Shown: piece after piece, positions 48,900 through 58,102 of the stretch
Layout: each line of letters opens with the position of its first letter
Position numbering within the stretch: the first letter of the stretch is position 1
Assembly: GCA_958296135.2 (NCBI GenBank)
Contig: CATQHZ020000001.1
Location: 32,001 to 96,000 of the forward strand
Source of the DNA: an uncultured Poribacteria bacterium
GTDB lineage: Bacteria; Poribacteria; WGA-4E; WGA-3G
DNA length: 64,000 bases
Direction of reading: 5' to 3'
Program-made: the position numbers and the translations under genes
Notes under the pieces: model-generated
What the model saw: the letters and a program-made list of their open reading frames with translations, nothing else
Told to the model about the DNA's origin: nothing
The model's database searches: none

Positions 48900-51442
48900 G
48901 AGAATATCTCCTTAAAAACTTCGGTGATGTGTTCCACGAAGAGGAACGTCATTCCCGATTGAATCTCTTCCGGAATCTCGACAAACTGTTTTTGGTTCTC
49001 ACGTGGGACGATAATCTTCTTGATGCCGGCCTGTTTGGCGGCGAGGATTTTCTCCTTGAGCCCACCGATGGGCAAGACTCTGCCGCGGAGCGTAAGTTCC
49101 CCTGTCATCGCGATTTCTGGGCTGATGCAATGGCCTGTGGCGACAGAGGCAAGGGCGGTGGCAATTGTAATGCCGGCAGAGGGGCCATCCTTGGGAATCG
49201 CACCCGCGGGGACATGGATGTGGATGTCGGCATCCAACACGCCCGAGTCAAACTGGAGTGTATCCGCCTGCGATTTGACGTAACTGAGCGCGGTTTGTGC
49301 GGATTCCTGCATAACATCGCCGATTTGTCCGGTGATGCGGAGCGTGCCGCTGCCATCCGCGCGCCTCGCATGCATCGTGACTTCCACAAATAGGATTTCG
49401 CCGCCGGCTGGGGTGACAGAGAGCCCGGTGGCGACACCGATGTCCGCCTGACGCCCGGCAACCTCGGCAGAGAACTTCGCAGGGCCGAGGTAATCCGGAA
49501 GGCTCTCGGCTGGAATCGCGGCCTCCGCCGCTTCGCCTTCGGCGACGCGGCGTGCCACTTTTCTGCAAAGGGTGCCGAGTTCGCGCTCCAAGTTGCGCAC
49601 GCCGGCCTCGCGGGTATACGCGCTGATGACGGTATCAATCGCCGCATCGTCTACCTGCAGTTGGGCCGCTGACAAACCGTTCGCGGTAAGCTGGCGCGGC
49701 AGAAGATACTGCTTAGCAATCTGCAGTTTCTCGTTGGCGGTATAGCCGGCGAGCTCTAGCGTCTCCATCCGGTCGCGCAGCGCAACGGGAATCGTGTCAA
49801 GTTGATTCGCCGTAGTGATGAACATCACGTTGGAGAGATCGAACGGCACATCAAGGTAGTTGTCGGTGAAGGCGTGGTTCTGCTCCGGGTCCAGCACTTC
49901 AAGCAGGGCGGCACCCGGGTCGCCGCGGAAATCAGAGCCGAGTTTGTCAATCTCATCAAGCATGAAAACCGGATTGTTGGATTCGGCGGTGCGGATGCCT
50001 TTCAGAATGCGCCCCGGCATTGAACCGATATAGGTGCGACGGTGTCCGCGGATTTCTGCTTCATCGTGCATACCACCTAGGGACACGCGGACGAACTTCC
50101 GGTCCATGGCGCGGGCGATGGAGCGGCCGAGTGAGGTTTTGCCTACCCCCGGCGGACCGACGAAACAGAAAATGGGGCTTTTCAGTTCGGGCGCGAGGCC
50201 CCGTTCAGTGCCACCGTTACTAGAGCCGGAAGACTTGACAACGTCCATACCGCCCGGTAAGTCAGCCGTCTCTCCCTCGGTGGTGTCCGACGAACGCTTT
50301 ACACGAGTCCGAAGCATTTGCACGGCGAGGTGCTCGACAATCCGCTCTTTGACCTTCTCTAAGCCGTAGTGGTCTTCATCAAGAACGGTTTGCGCAGCGC
50401 GTAGCTCCAGCGCATCTTCGGTGCTCACCTGCCACGGCAGATTGAGGAGCCAATCGAGGTAATTCCGCGAGACGGTAGATTCAGGGGAGAAGGACTGCAT
50501 CTTGGTGAGGCGGTTGAGTTCCTTTTCCGCTGTTTGCTTCGCCTTTTCGGGCATCTCGGTGTTTTGGAGTTGCTCCCGGAGTTCCTCCATTTCCAGCCCG
50601 AGGTCTTCTGCCTCGCCGAGTTCAGTCTGGATAGCTTTGAGTTGTTCGCGGAGGTAGTATTCGCGTTGCCCTTTGTTAATAACGGCTTGCGCGCGGTTTT
50701 GGATGTTACTCTCCAATTCGTGCAAATCGAGCTCGCGGGCGAGGATGACAGCCAGCGCGTTCAACCGCTTCGTCACAGACACTGCCTCTAAAATCCGCTG
50801 CTTATCAGCGGGTTTTAAGTCAAGCACAGCGGCGACGTAATCGGCAAAGCGGCCGGGCTGCTCAATGTTTTTGGTGAGGCTGCCGTATTCGTCGGGGTAG
50901 CGGGTGGACATGGAGACAATCCGCTGGAACATTTCGTCGTTGCTGCGGAGGAGTGCCTCGACTTCCATGTTGGTTTTGCCCAGGTCTTCTTCTCTGTCGC
51001 GTGCTTCGCTGTTGACGACAGCGACGCGCGCGGTGATAAAGGGTTCCGTGGAGAGAATTTCTTCAATCGCCACCCGCTCGCGTCCGTGCGCGAGGAAAAG
51101 GACATCCTCGTCCTCTTTCTTATAGCGGAGGATATGGATGAGACTGCCGATGGGGCTCAGGTCTGGTGCTGTGATATTTTTGATATCCTCAGACGGGATG
51201 TCCGGATTCGGGCGGAAGATGCAAAGCCCGCGCTCGCTCTTCATGGAGGCCTCAAGCGCAGCCTTCGCCATGTCGCCGGAGAGCGCGACGTGGTGCGGCG
51301 GAAACGGCGGCACTGGCGGCATATACGGAAAAACCACCAGGTCATCGAGCGGCAGGATGGGGAAGTCCCTGTTCGGTTTCTCTTTGGGTTCGCTGTTTTC
51401 GCGATGTTCGTTCTGTGATATTTCTCTCTCTAGTGTTTCCAT
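48896..51442 (-). CDS. lon: ATP-dependent Lon protease
   Basis: DHYGL, GPPGVGKTS, LDEIDK, PKDGPSAG, IGGLKEK. Confidence 0.95.
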   Translation of the reverse strand: METLEREISQNEHRENSEPKEKPNRDFPILPLDDLVVFPYMPPVPPFPPHHVALSGDMAKAALEASMKSERGLCIFRPNPDIPSEDIKNITAPDLSPIGSLIHILRYKKEDEDVLFLAHGRERVAIEEILSTEPFITARVAVVNSEARDREEDLGKTNMEVEALLRSNDEMFQRIVSMSTRYPDEYGSLTKNIEQPGRFADYVAAVLDLKPADKQRILEAVSVTKRLNALAVILARELDLHELESNIQNRAQAVINKGQREYYLREQLKAIQTELGEAEDLGLEMEELREQLQNTEMPEKAKQTAEKELNRLTKMQSFSPESTVSRNYLDWLLNLPWQVSTEDALELRAAQTVLDEDHYGLEKVKERIVEHLAVQMLRTRVKRSSDTTEGETADLPGGMDVVKSSGSSNGGTERGLAPELKSPIFCFVGPPGVGKTSLGRSIARAMDRKFVRVSLGGMHDEAEIRGHRRTYIGSMPGRILKGIRTAESNNPVFMLDEIDKLGSDFRGDPGAALLEVLDPEQNHAFTDNYLDVPFDLSNVMFITTANQLDTIPVALRDRMETLELAGYTANEKLQIAKQYLLPRQLTANGLSAAQLQVDDAAIDTVISAYTREAGVRNLERELGTLCRKVARRVAEGEAAEAAIPAESLPDYLGPAKFSAEVAGRQADIGVATGLSVTPAGGEILFVEVTMHARRADGSGTLRITGQIGDVMQESAQTALSYVKSQADTLQFDSGVLDADIHIHVPAGAIPKDGPSAGITIATALASVATGHCISPEIAMTGELTLRGRVLPIGGLKEKILAAKQAGIKKIIVPRENQKQFVEIPEEIQSGMTFLFVEHITEVFKEIFS
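50228..50318 (+). repeat. dispersed repeat, copy F, antisense and in frame within lon
   Basis: aagacTTGACAACGTCcataccgcccggtaagtcagcc...cgaacgctttacacga; coincides with a ~35-aa extra segment before Walker A. Confidence 0.7.
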
Positions 51443-51537
51443 TTTTTCTCCTTTTGCATGGCTTTCGGCAAACGTGCCGGGAAGCGTAGACGTTTTCCTA
51501 CCAGGTCCCATCGATGTTGTTGATGTTTACGTTTTCT
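51443..51537 (-). repeat. dispersed repeat, copy G, abutting the lon ATG
   Basis: aaacgtaaacaTCAACAACATCGAtgggacctggtagg...ccgaaagccatgcaaaaggagaaaaaATG. Confidence 0.6.
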
Positions 51538-51602
51538 GTCCTTGCCCGAACTACAGAAAGGGAGGACTGAATCACTCTGGGCTTTATCGGCAGAGGTGTT
51601 TT

Positions 51603-53615
51603 TTACGGCCAAAACTGATAGAGCGTCGTATTGGCCACAATGCTGCCGATGCTCCAGAGACTGCCGCACAGATAGTCACCGAGGGCGAGCCCGAGGAACA
51701 GGGGCACTGTCCGTCGATACGCCTTGAGTCCGCCTTGGTGCAGCACCAGTGCCTTCGCTATCCACGCGACGAAAAGGCAGCTCCAGAGGTTGAACATTCC
51801 CCAACTGTTCGCCATCGCATAGCCGAGCGGATGCAGGGGCCACCACAAAAATCGGGTGCGTAGCACCATCATCCCGACAGCAAAGGCACCGCCGCCGCCT
51901 ATGAAAGCGAGCGCGGGCACATCCGTGCCTTGCGGATAATTGAGCCAGTTTTCGAGCTGCCGATACACGCCTCTGCCGAATCCCAATGCCCACGGGCCAT
52001 AATAACCCGTCTCGGCACCGTGCCGATAATAACTATCAAGCAGCAGCCAAAAGACGCTGACTGCGCCTACGGCTGTTGCGATGAGGATAGCGGCGGCGAT
52101 GTGCCGGGGATTGATGTCCCGCCGCTCGGCTATTTTGAACGCCTCCAACTGTTGCGGCATCGGATGCGCGCGGTATGCCCGGTTGAAAAACATGTAAAGC
52201 GAGAAAACTGCCTTTGTTCCCGGGGTCAGCCGTTGTGTGCCGAAGGCTGTCACTAACAGCCCGTGCGCATCGATGCGGTGCAAGTCATGGACGAGGAACC
52301 CGAGTTCGGCGCGTAACCGGGCAATCATCGTCGCGAGCAGAAAGTAAATCCCGAAGAAAAGGGGAATCACCCAGAGCGACATGCCGGCTTGATACGAGAA
52401 TACCGTCAAAAAGAGCATGCCCGCGACGCTGCCGAGAGCGGCGAGGCGATAGGGCATCGGTTCGCGCTGCATGTCCGCGCCACCCTCTCGGATGCCAGCA
52501 AGAATACGTTTGAGATGCGCGCGCCCTACCCACGCGGCACTGCCCAAGAGGGCGAGATACGCGCCGAAGGCTTGTGCATCGGCGTACGGAAAGCCGGGCA
52601 GGTTTCGCACGCCGAGAATGCTTCCTCCCATGAGTTGAAACTTATAGAGCCAATAGAATACCCAGCATGAAAACAGCAAATCAAGCGGAATGAGATAGCT
52701 GATGCCAATGGCGAACGGATAAAACGAGAGCCGCACGCCGCCCATCGCATCCCAGGGTCTGCCCGTAAAATAGTGATGTATGTTCTGCCGTTTGACGGGC
52801 AGGTAAGGCACCGCCGGGTAAATGGAGTTGAGCAGATTCACGATGCTAATTCCCGCGGCGATGCTGAAGCCTACCCACATTAATTTGTTTTGAAAAAAGC
52901 CTGTCTGTGTATCTGTCATCGCGAGGGGCAGTTGGATAATCGGATACGTCAGCCGCTCGCGCTCTGTCCATTGGAGCCGGACGAAAGTGTTGATGCACAG
53001 CATGACACCCATCAACACGAGGATAAAGAGCGTCCACCACGCGGCGGGCCCCGCCCACGCGCGAAGATGTGCCTTTTCGTAAAGGGTGGAATTCCCTTCG
53101 TAATAGCCGTGTAGGACGCGGGCATCCTGCACGGTGAGCCAGGGCGGCAGCTCTTTCCAAAAGAGCTGCGCCCATTCGTTCTCGGCGGTGGCAAACCGAA
53201 ACGGATGCCCCAGAATCGTGACGAGAATCTCCATCATATCGTGCGAGCAGAGCGAGGAGACGATGCACAAGATGACGTAGAGCGTGAGCAATTCGGCACC
53301 CGAGAGGTATTTCGTCTGGGCCGCACCGGAAATGCGCTGAACCCTGGAGAGGTGCCGTGAGAAAACCGGCACCCCGGCCATCCATACAAAAAACCGCTTT
53401 GAGAGTTTGCCTATCATCGCGCTCAGCACCATCAGCCAAAAGATGATAAAAATGACGTTTGACAGCGGATGGATGAGGGTCGGGTGTGTATAGCGGACTA
53501 CCTCCAGTTGAATAATCCAGAAAACGTTAAGCGGTATCAGGATGAGAGCGACAACAAGCACCTTGGGCGTGAGACCGCGCTGAAAAGTGTCAGGGCCGAA
53601 TCCATCCACGTTCAC
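51603..53615 (-). CDS. DUF6785/DUF6784-like polytopic membrane protein
   Basis: Paralogue of 1212-3179; QWTERERLTYPIIQLP, HPMPQQLE, WWPLHPLGY; start codon uncertain. Confidence 0.75.
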   Translation of the reverse strand: MNVDGFGPDTFQRGLTPKVLVVALILIPLNVFWIIQLEVVRYTHPTLIHPLSNVIFIIFWLMVLSAMIGKLSKRFFVWMAGVPVFSRHLSRVQRISGAAQTKYLSGAELLTLYVILCIVSSLCSHDMMEILVTILGHPFRFATAENEWAQLFWKELPPWLTVQDARVLHGYYEGNSTLYEKAHLRAWAGPAAWWTLFILVLMGVMLCINTFVRLQWTERERLTYPIIQLPLAMTDTQTGFFQNKLMWVGFSIAAGISIVNLLNSIYPAVPYLPVKRQNIHHYFTGRPWDAMGGVRLSFYPFAIGISYLIPLDLLFSCWVFYWLYKFQLMGGSILGVRNLPGFPYADAQAFGAYLALLGSAAWVGRAHLKRILAGIREGGADMQREPMPYRLAALGSVAGMLFLTVFSYQAGMSLWVIPLFFGIYFLLATMIARLRAELGFLVHDLHRIDAHGLLVTAFGTQRLTPGTKAVFSLYMFFNRAYRAHPMPQQLEAFKIAERRDINPRHIAAAILIATAVGAVSVFWLLLDSYYRHGAETGYYGPWALGFGRGVYRQLENWLNYPQGTDVPALAFIGGGGAFAVGMMVLRTRFLWWPLHPLGYAMANSWGMFNLWSCLFVAWIAKALVLHQGGLKAYRRTVPLFLGLALGDYLCGSLWSIGSIVANTTLYQFWP

Positions 53616-54684
53616 CTTCAAGGGATACCTCCGTGTTGAACTGCGCGCACCGCTGCTGATAGGCACGCAACGTCTCGATGGCTACCTCGCCGTGGAGCGG
53701 TTGCGGTTGATAGGTGGCGTGCGGTGTCTCTGTCACAATCGGAATTAACTCAATGGATGCCAGCACGCCGTCCGTCCACGTCGCCTTGGGGATGACAAGG
53801 TGCGTGTGCTGTTTGTCGTAAACGTCGTAGATGAAATCAGCGAGGCTATAGACAATAGGTTTTCCCTGATAGAGTTCTATCCCACCGAGGGTATGCAGCT
53901 GTTGGCAGAGCACCATATCGGCACCTGCGTCAATGAGCGCGTGGGCGAAGAGTTGTTGCCGGCCGAGGGCAGATTCGCGTTGCGTCGCATCGGGGGAGGC
54001 GGTACCCCAGTGCAGCCAGACGATGATGCGTTCGGCGTTTTGGCGTGCCTGCGCAACAGCGTTTACCATGTCGCTGTAAACGGCATACGCGACCGGGTCT
54101 GCCGTATACCGCGCAAAGTCAGTCTGCCGGTAATAGGCGAACAACGCCACCTGTTTTTCGGTGCCTTTGATAGAAACCCACGCCGGCCGCCGCGCTGCAG
54201 CTGCTGTCAGCCCGGCACCTATCGGTTTGACGTTGAACCCCTTGAGTTCGGCGAGGGTGTCTTGGAGTGCTTCCAAGCCGAAGTCCATGAGGTGCGGCGT
54301 GGCAAGGGAGACAGCATCAAACCCTGCATTCGCGAGGGCGCGGCCAAGCCCGGGTGCAGCGCGAAAAGGATGCTTGATACCAGGGCGCGGTTCACCTCTC
54401 TCCGAGATGCTGGTGTTGAGCGACGCGGTGGCGATGTCAGCGGATTGAATGAGGGGCGTAGTACCTTCAAAGAAGACGCGCGCACCTTCGGTTTCAATCA
54501 ACGGTGTCAACCGCGCCCCGACGGTGATGTCACCGACAGCGAGAACGGTTATCTCCTCGGCGATGGCGGCGGGGCATAAGCATACAAACGTAAGGCTTGA
54601 CAACGTCAAGACAGCCTGGTAAGTCAACCTTCTCTGCACAGCAGCAGCGGAACGACGCAGTGCGAAAGACAGAAAATGGCGCAT
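53590..54684 (-). CDS. CapA/PGA_cap family metallophosphatase-fold protein
   Basis: AVGDI, HLMDFG, LHWG, LIDAGAD, YSL; some metal ligands substituted. Confidence 0.8.
   Translation of the reverse strand: MRHFLSFALRRSAAAVQRRLTYQAVLTLSSLTFVCLCPAAIAEEITVLAVGDITVGARLTPLIETEGARVFFEGTTPLIQSADIATASLNTSISERGEPRPGIKHPFRAAPGLGRALANAGFDAVSLATPHLMDFGLEALQDTLAELKGFNVKPIGAGLTAAAARRPAWVSIKGTEKQVALFAYYRQTDFARYTADPVAYAVYSDMVNAVAQARQNAERIIVWLHWGTASPDATQRESALGRQQLFAHALIDAGADMVLCQQLHTLGGIELYQGKPIVYSLADFIYDVYDKQHTHLVIPKATWTDGVLASIELIPIVTETPHATYQPQPLHGEVAIETLRAYQQRCAQFNTEVSLEGERGWIRP
54586..54677 (+). repeat. dispersed repeat, copy H, read antisense as the CapA N-terminus
   Basis: aaacgtaaggcTTGACAACGTCAAgacagcctggtaagtcaacc...gcagtgcgaaagacagaaaatg. 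Confidence 0.8.
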
Positions 54685-54696
54685 GGGGTGCCTCCG

Positions 54697-55311
54697 TTAC
54701 GCTTCGGGCTCTTCTGGGAGTGCGAGGACTTCGTCAAGATCGATGTCACTCAGATGTTCTTCTTTGAGCTGCGTGCCGAGAATAATAAGCGCATCGGCGA
54801 GCGTAAGCCGGTCTACTTTGCCGATGTCAAGTGTCTCAGTTTCGGCAGCCAGGTCTGCGCGGAGTGCCTCGTGGTTGCGATGCGTCTGCTCGCGCATTCG
54901 CTGCGTCTCAGTGCTGAGCCGGTCGATTTGCGTTTGGAACTCGCGGGCGAACTCGTTGATGAGGGTGGACAACTTCTGCAAGTCGTCTTCGCCCTGATGC
55001 GTAATGCCGTTGAGCCGCGCATCGATGCGCGCATCAATCAGTGCCTCAATCCCCTGCGGGAGTTTCCGAATTTCCGCTTTGAGTGCTTCGACTTCGGCGA
55101 GGACCTGTTTTTCGAGCGCGGCCAGTTTTTCGTCGGCGCGCTTTTCGCTCTCTTCTACCTCGCGGCTGAGCGCGCGCAGCCGTTTGTTAACACTGCGGAT
55201 ATAACTACCGATGATGCTTTCGCGCAGGTAAGATTCGATTTCCTGCTGCCGAGATGCGGGTTCCTGCTGCGTCTCAGTCGCCTGCGATTGCGGAGTGCTG
55301 GGTGTTTGCAT
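54697..55311 (-). CDS. coiled-coil hypothetical protein
   Basis: Heptad-rich; KVDR..LA..L C-terminus; GAGG SD. Confidence 0.7.
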   Translation of the reverse strand: MQTPSTPQSQATETQQEPASRQQEIESYLRESIIGSYIRSVNKRLRALSREVEESEKRADEKLAALEKQVLAEVEALKAEIRKLPQGIEALIDARIDARLNGITHQGEDDLQKLSTLINEFAREFQTQIDRLSTETQRMREQTHRNHEALRADLAAETETLDIGKVDRLTLADALIILGTQLKEEHLSDIDLDEVLALPEEPEA

Positions 55312-55323
55312 GGTTCAATTCCT

Positions 55324-56391
55324 CTACGGATAATTATAGAGATTTTCGGGGGGTTCCGTTTCGGTATCGAGAATTTCTGTCCCGGTGTCGCGGTGTCCCC
55401 CCGCGTCTGTTTCAATGCGATTCGCTGCAAATTCGCGCAGGATACAGCTGACAATCTCCTCCGTATACGCCTGCGCGTCGATGTTCTGTTGATTCGCCTC
55501 CCATGCCATTCGGGCGGCGGCTTCAAAATACTCCGCGTGCTTGTAGGCATCAAGCAAGTCTGCACCACGTGAGAAGGTGCCATGTCCTACCCAATACAGG
55601 ATGTGGCGCGGCGAATTGGGCGCGTTCTCGAACAACCGCAGGCTCTCGTAAGAGAGTTCGGGGATGCCGGGTGCACGCTCTTGCACAAATCCGATGCCGC
55701 CGGACGCGTCGTAGATAATGGGCGTTTCCGGTTCATAGCCGCGGAGAAAGGCGTAAAACCGGTCGGGATGCCCATGCGCGGTGCGCGAGATAAGGTTCAA
55801 GAACTTCGGTTGCAAGTGGACGAGCGCGGTGAAGCCGGGGGTGTCCACCAGCCGCTCAAAAATGAGGAGGTAGTGGAACATCTCACTCGTCGGCTTCGGT
55901 GCGGCTGCGCTGGTTTGCGTTAAGTCTGCCGCTGTCGGTGTGCCAAGACGCATGCGGTAGTGGGTGCCGTCTGGTTCCACTTCAATTACCGTTAAATTGA
56001 GCGCGGGATGTTCCGCTGCTATCATGTCGAGTCGCGCGCCGGATTTGGTGAGGAGCACGTGTTTCCCCGCGAGTCCGGGGACGACAATCTGTGGGGGTAG
56101 CGGGTAGCGCGGTGCCGCGTCATACGGGATGAGGCATGCCGCGTCGGCCGGTACCGCTAACATCGCGCCCATGTTGCCGGCGGATGCCCAGAGGTAGTGA
56201 TGTGCGTGTGCGTGCGCGCCTACCCAGCCCATCTGTCCAATGAGCGTGCCTGCCTCGCTGTCCGGCGATATCGGCCGAAGAGCGGGATGATAGCCGCGCT
56301 CGCGCCACCGCGCCTCACGATAACTCTGAGGTGAAGGTGCCGTCAACGCGTGCGTCAAATAAGGATTTGCTAACGGAAACTGCACTTGCAA
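55324..56391 (-). CDS. class II aldolase/adducin family protein (rhamnulose-1-phosphate aldolase-like)
   Basis: W...GN, LTKSG, SEMF.Y, VH, W..HG, E.AA. Confidence 0.6.
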   Translation of the reverse strand: MQVQFPLANPYLTHALTAPSPQSYREARWRERGYHPALRPISPDSEAGTLIGQMGWVGAHAHAHHYLWASAGNMGAMLAVPADAACLIPYDAAPRYPLPPQIVVPGLAGKHVLLTKSGARLDMIAAEHPALNLTVIEVEPDGTHYRMRLGTPTAADLTQTSAAAPKPTSEMFHYLLIFERLVDTPGFTALVHLQPKFLNLISRTAHGHPDRFYAFLRGYEPETPIIYDASGGIGFVQERAPGIPELSYESLRLFENAPNSPRHILYWVGHGTFSRGADLLDAYKHAEYFEAAARMAWEANQQNIDAQAYTEEIVSCILREFAANRIETDAGGHRDTGTEILDTETEPPENLYNYP

Positions 56392-56565
56392 TAGATGTCC
56401 TTACGAGAGTTGTTAACTTTAATGCTATTATACCCTATCTGTTTGGGGTTTGTCAAGTTTTTCTTTGCAATATTCATCTGAATAGGGTAAAATCTGCTAT
56501 AATTCAAATGAGTTGTCACAACGTAGGGCGGGGTTTGTTCCTCGCAATGCTAAATGAAGTAACAG

Positions 56566-56656
56566 ACATGCAAGACTTGACAACGTCAAGACGGCCTGAG
56601 AAGACAACCATCTTATCCCTAGAGGAGTTGATCCGCGCATGGCGAACGACAAAAAC
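56566..56656 (+). repeat. dispersed repeat, copy I, abutting the fumC ATG
   Basis: caagacTTGACAACGTCAAgacggcctgag...gcgcatggcgaacgacaaaaacATG. Confidence 0.8.
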
Positions 56657-58045
56657 ATGACGAGAACTGAAACAGATAGCATGGGCACACTCCACGTGCC
56701 CTCCGATAAATATTGGGGTGCGCAGACGCAGCGCGCGCGCCAGAATTTTCACATCGGTGATGAACGAATACCGCGCCCCGCTTTATGGGCCCTCGGCACA
56801 ATTAAACAGACGGTCGCGCATGTCAATGCCGCCCTCGGTCTGCTTGAACCGCACCTCGCCGAGACTATCGGTGCCGCTGCACAAGAGGTGATTGATGGCA
56901 CGCTAGACGCACACTTCCCTCTGCCCATCTGGCAGACCGGCAGCGGCACGCAGACGAACATGAATGTCAACGAAGTCATCGCCAACCGTGCGATTGAGAT
57001 GCTCGGGGGTGAGATAGGCAGCAAGCACCCCGTTCATCCGAATGATCACGTCAATAAATCCCAATCGACGAACGATGTGTTCCCGACGGCCATCCATCTT
57101 GCGATGATTCGGCAGATTCGGGAGCATCTCTTACCGCGGCTCGCCGCACTGCGCGAGGCGTTCTCTGATAAAGCCGCTCTCTTCGCCGATATTGTCAAAA
57201 TCGGCAGGACGCATTTGATGGACGCGACACCGCTCACGCTCGGGCAAGAGTTCAGTGCCTATACCCAACAACTTACAGCCGCCGAAGCCCGCATTGAAGC
57301 GGCATTGCCCGGACTCTGCGAACTGCCCATCGGCGGCACGGCCGTCGGCACCGGGCTCAATACGCATCCCGATTATACAGCGAAGGTGGTTGCACAGTTG
57401 GCGGCGACGACAGGGTATCCACTCAAGCGCGCCCCGAATGCGTTTGAAGCACTTGCCTGCAGGGATGCTGTTCTCAATGCAAGTGCCGCTTTGAAGACTC
57501 TCGCCACCGCGCTCTTTAAAATTGCGAACGACATCCGCTGGCTGGGGTCCGGCCCCCGGTGTGGGCTCGGAGAGTTGCAGCTCCCGCCGAATGAGCCGGG
57601 GAGCTCCATTATGCCCGGCAAAGTCAACCCAACGCAGTGTGAGGCAGTGACGATGGTGTGCGCGCAAGTAATGGGCAACGATACCACGCTAACGTTTGCG
57701 AATGCAAGCGGCGCGTTGCAACTCAATGTCTTCATGCCGGTTATCGCCTATAACGCCTTGCAATCCATCCAGCTCCTCGGCGACGCAGGCGACTCTTTCC
57801 GAAAGAATTGCGTTGAAGGCATCGTGCCGAACCGAGAAAAGATCGCACAGCATCTCTCCGAATCGCTCATGTTGGTGACGGCCCTCGCACCGCATATCGG
57901 CTATGATAGTGCTGCGAAAGTCGCACAGTATGCGCATGAACACGGCTGCACCCTCAGGGAGGCAGCCGTCGCGCTGGAAGTATTAACCGCCGCCGAATTT
58001 GACACGCATGTCGTGCCAGCGGAGATGACGAAGCCGAACTTGTAG
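56657..58045 (+). CDS. fumC: class II fumarate hydratase
   Basis: [33 protein letters not shown]. Confidence 0.95.
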   Translation: MTRTETDSMGTLHVPSDKYWGAQTQRARQNFHIGDERIPRPALWALGTIKQTVAHVNAALGLLEPHLAETIGAAAQEVIDGTLDAHFPLPIWQTGSGTQTNMNVNEVIANRAIEMLGGEIGSKHPVHPNDHVNKSQSTNDVFPTAIHLAMIRQIREHLLPRLAALREAFSDKAALFADIVKIGRTHLMDATPLTLGQEFSAYTQQLTAAEARIEAALPGLCELPIGGTAVGTGLNTHPDYTAKVVAQLAATTGYPLKRAPNAFEALACRDAVLNASAALKTLATALFKIANDIRWLGSGPRCGLGELQLPPNEPGSSIMPGKVNPTQCEAVTMVCAQVMGNDTTLTFANASGALQLNVFMPVIAYNALQSIQLLGDAGDSFRKNCVEGIVPNREKIAQHLSESLMLVTALAPHIGYDSAAKVAQYAHEHGCTLREAAVALEVLTAAEFDTHVVPAEMTKPNL

Positions 58046-58102
58046 TATCCCGCCGATGGAATCATGGCGAGGGTTCCCCTCGCCATGCCGTGAACATTTT
58101 CC

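Noticed and set aside
54676-55572. 298-aa plus-strand ORF starting at the ATG of repeat copy H
   Set aside because: Lies antisense to two plausible genes and has no recognisable motifs; probably a shadow ORF, although antisense transcription from the repeat is not excluded.
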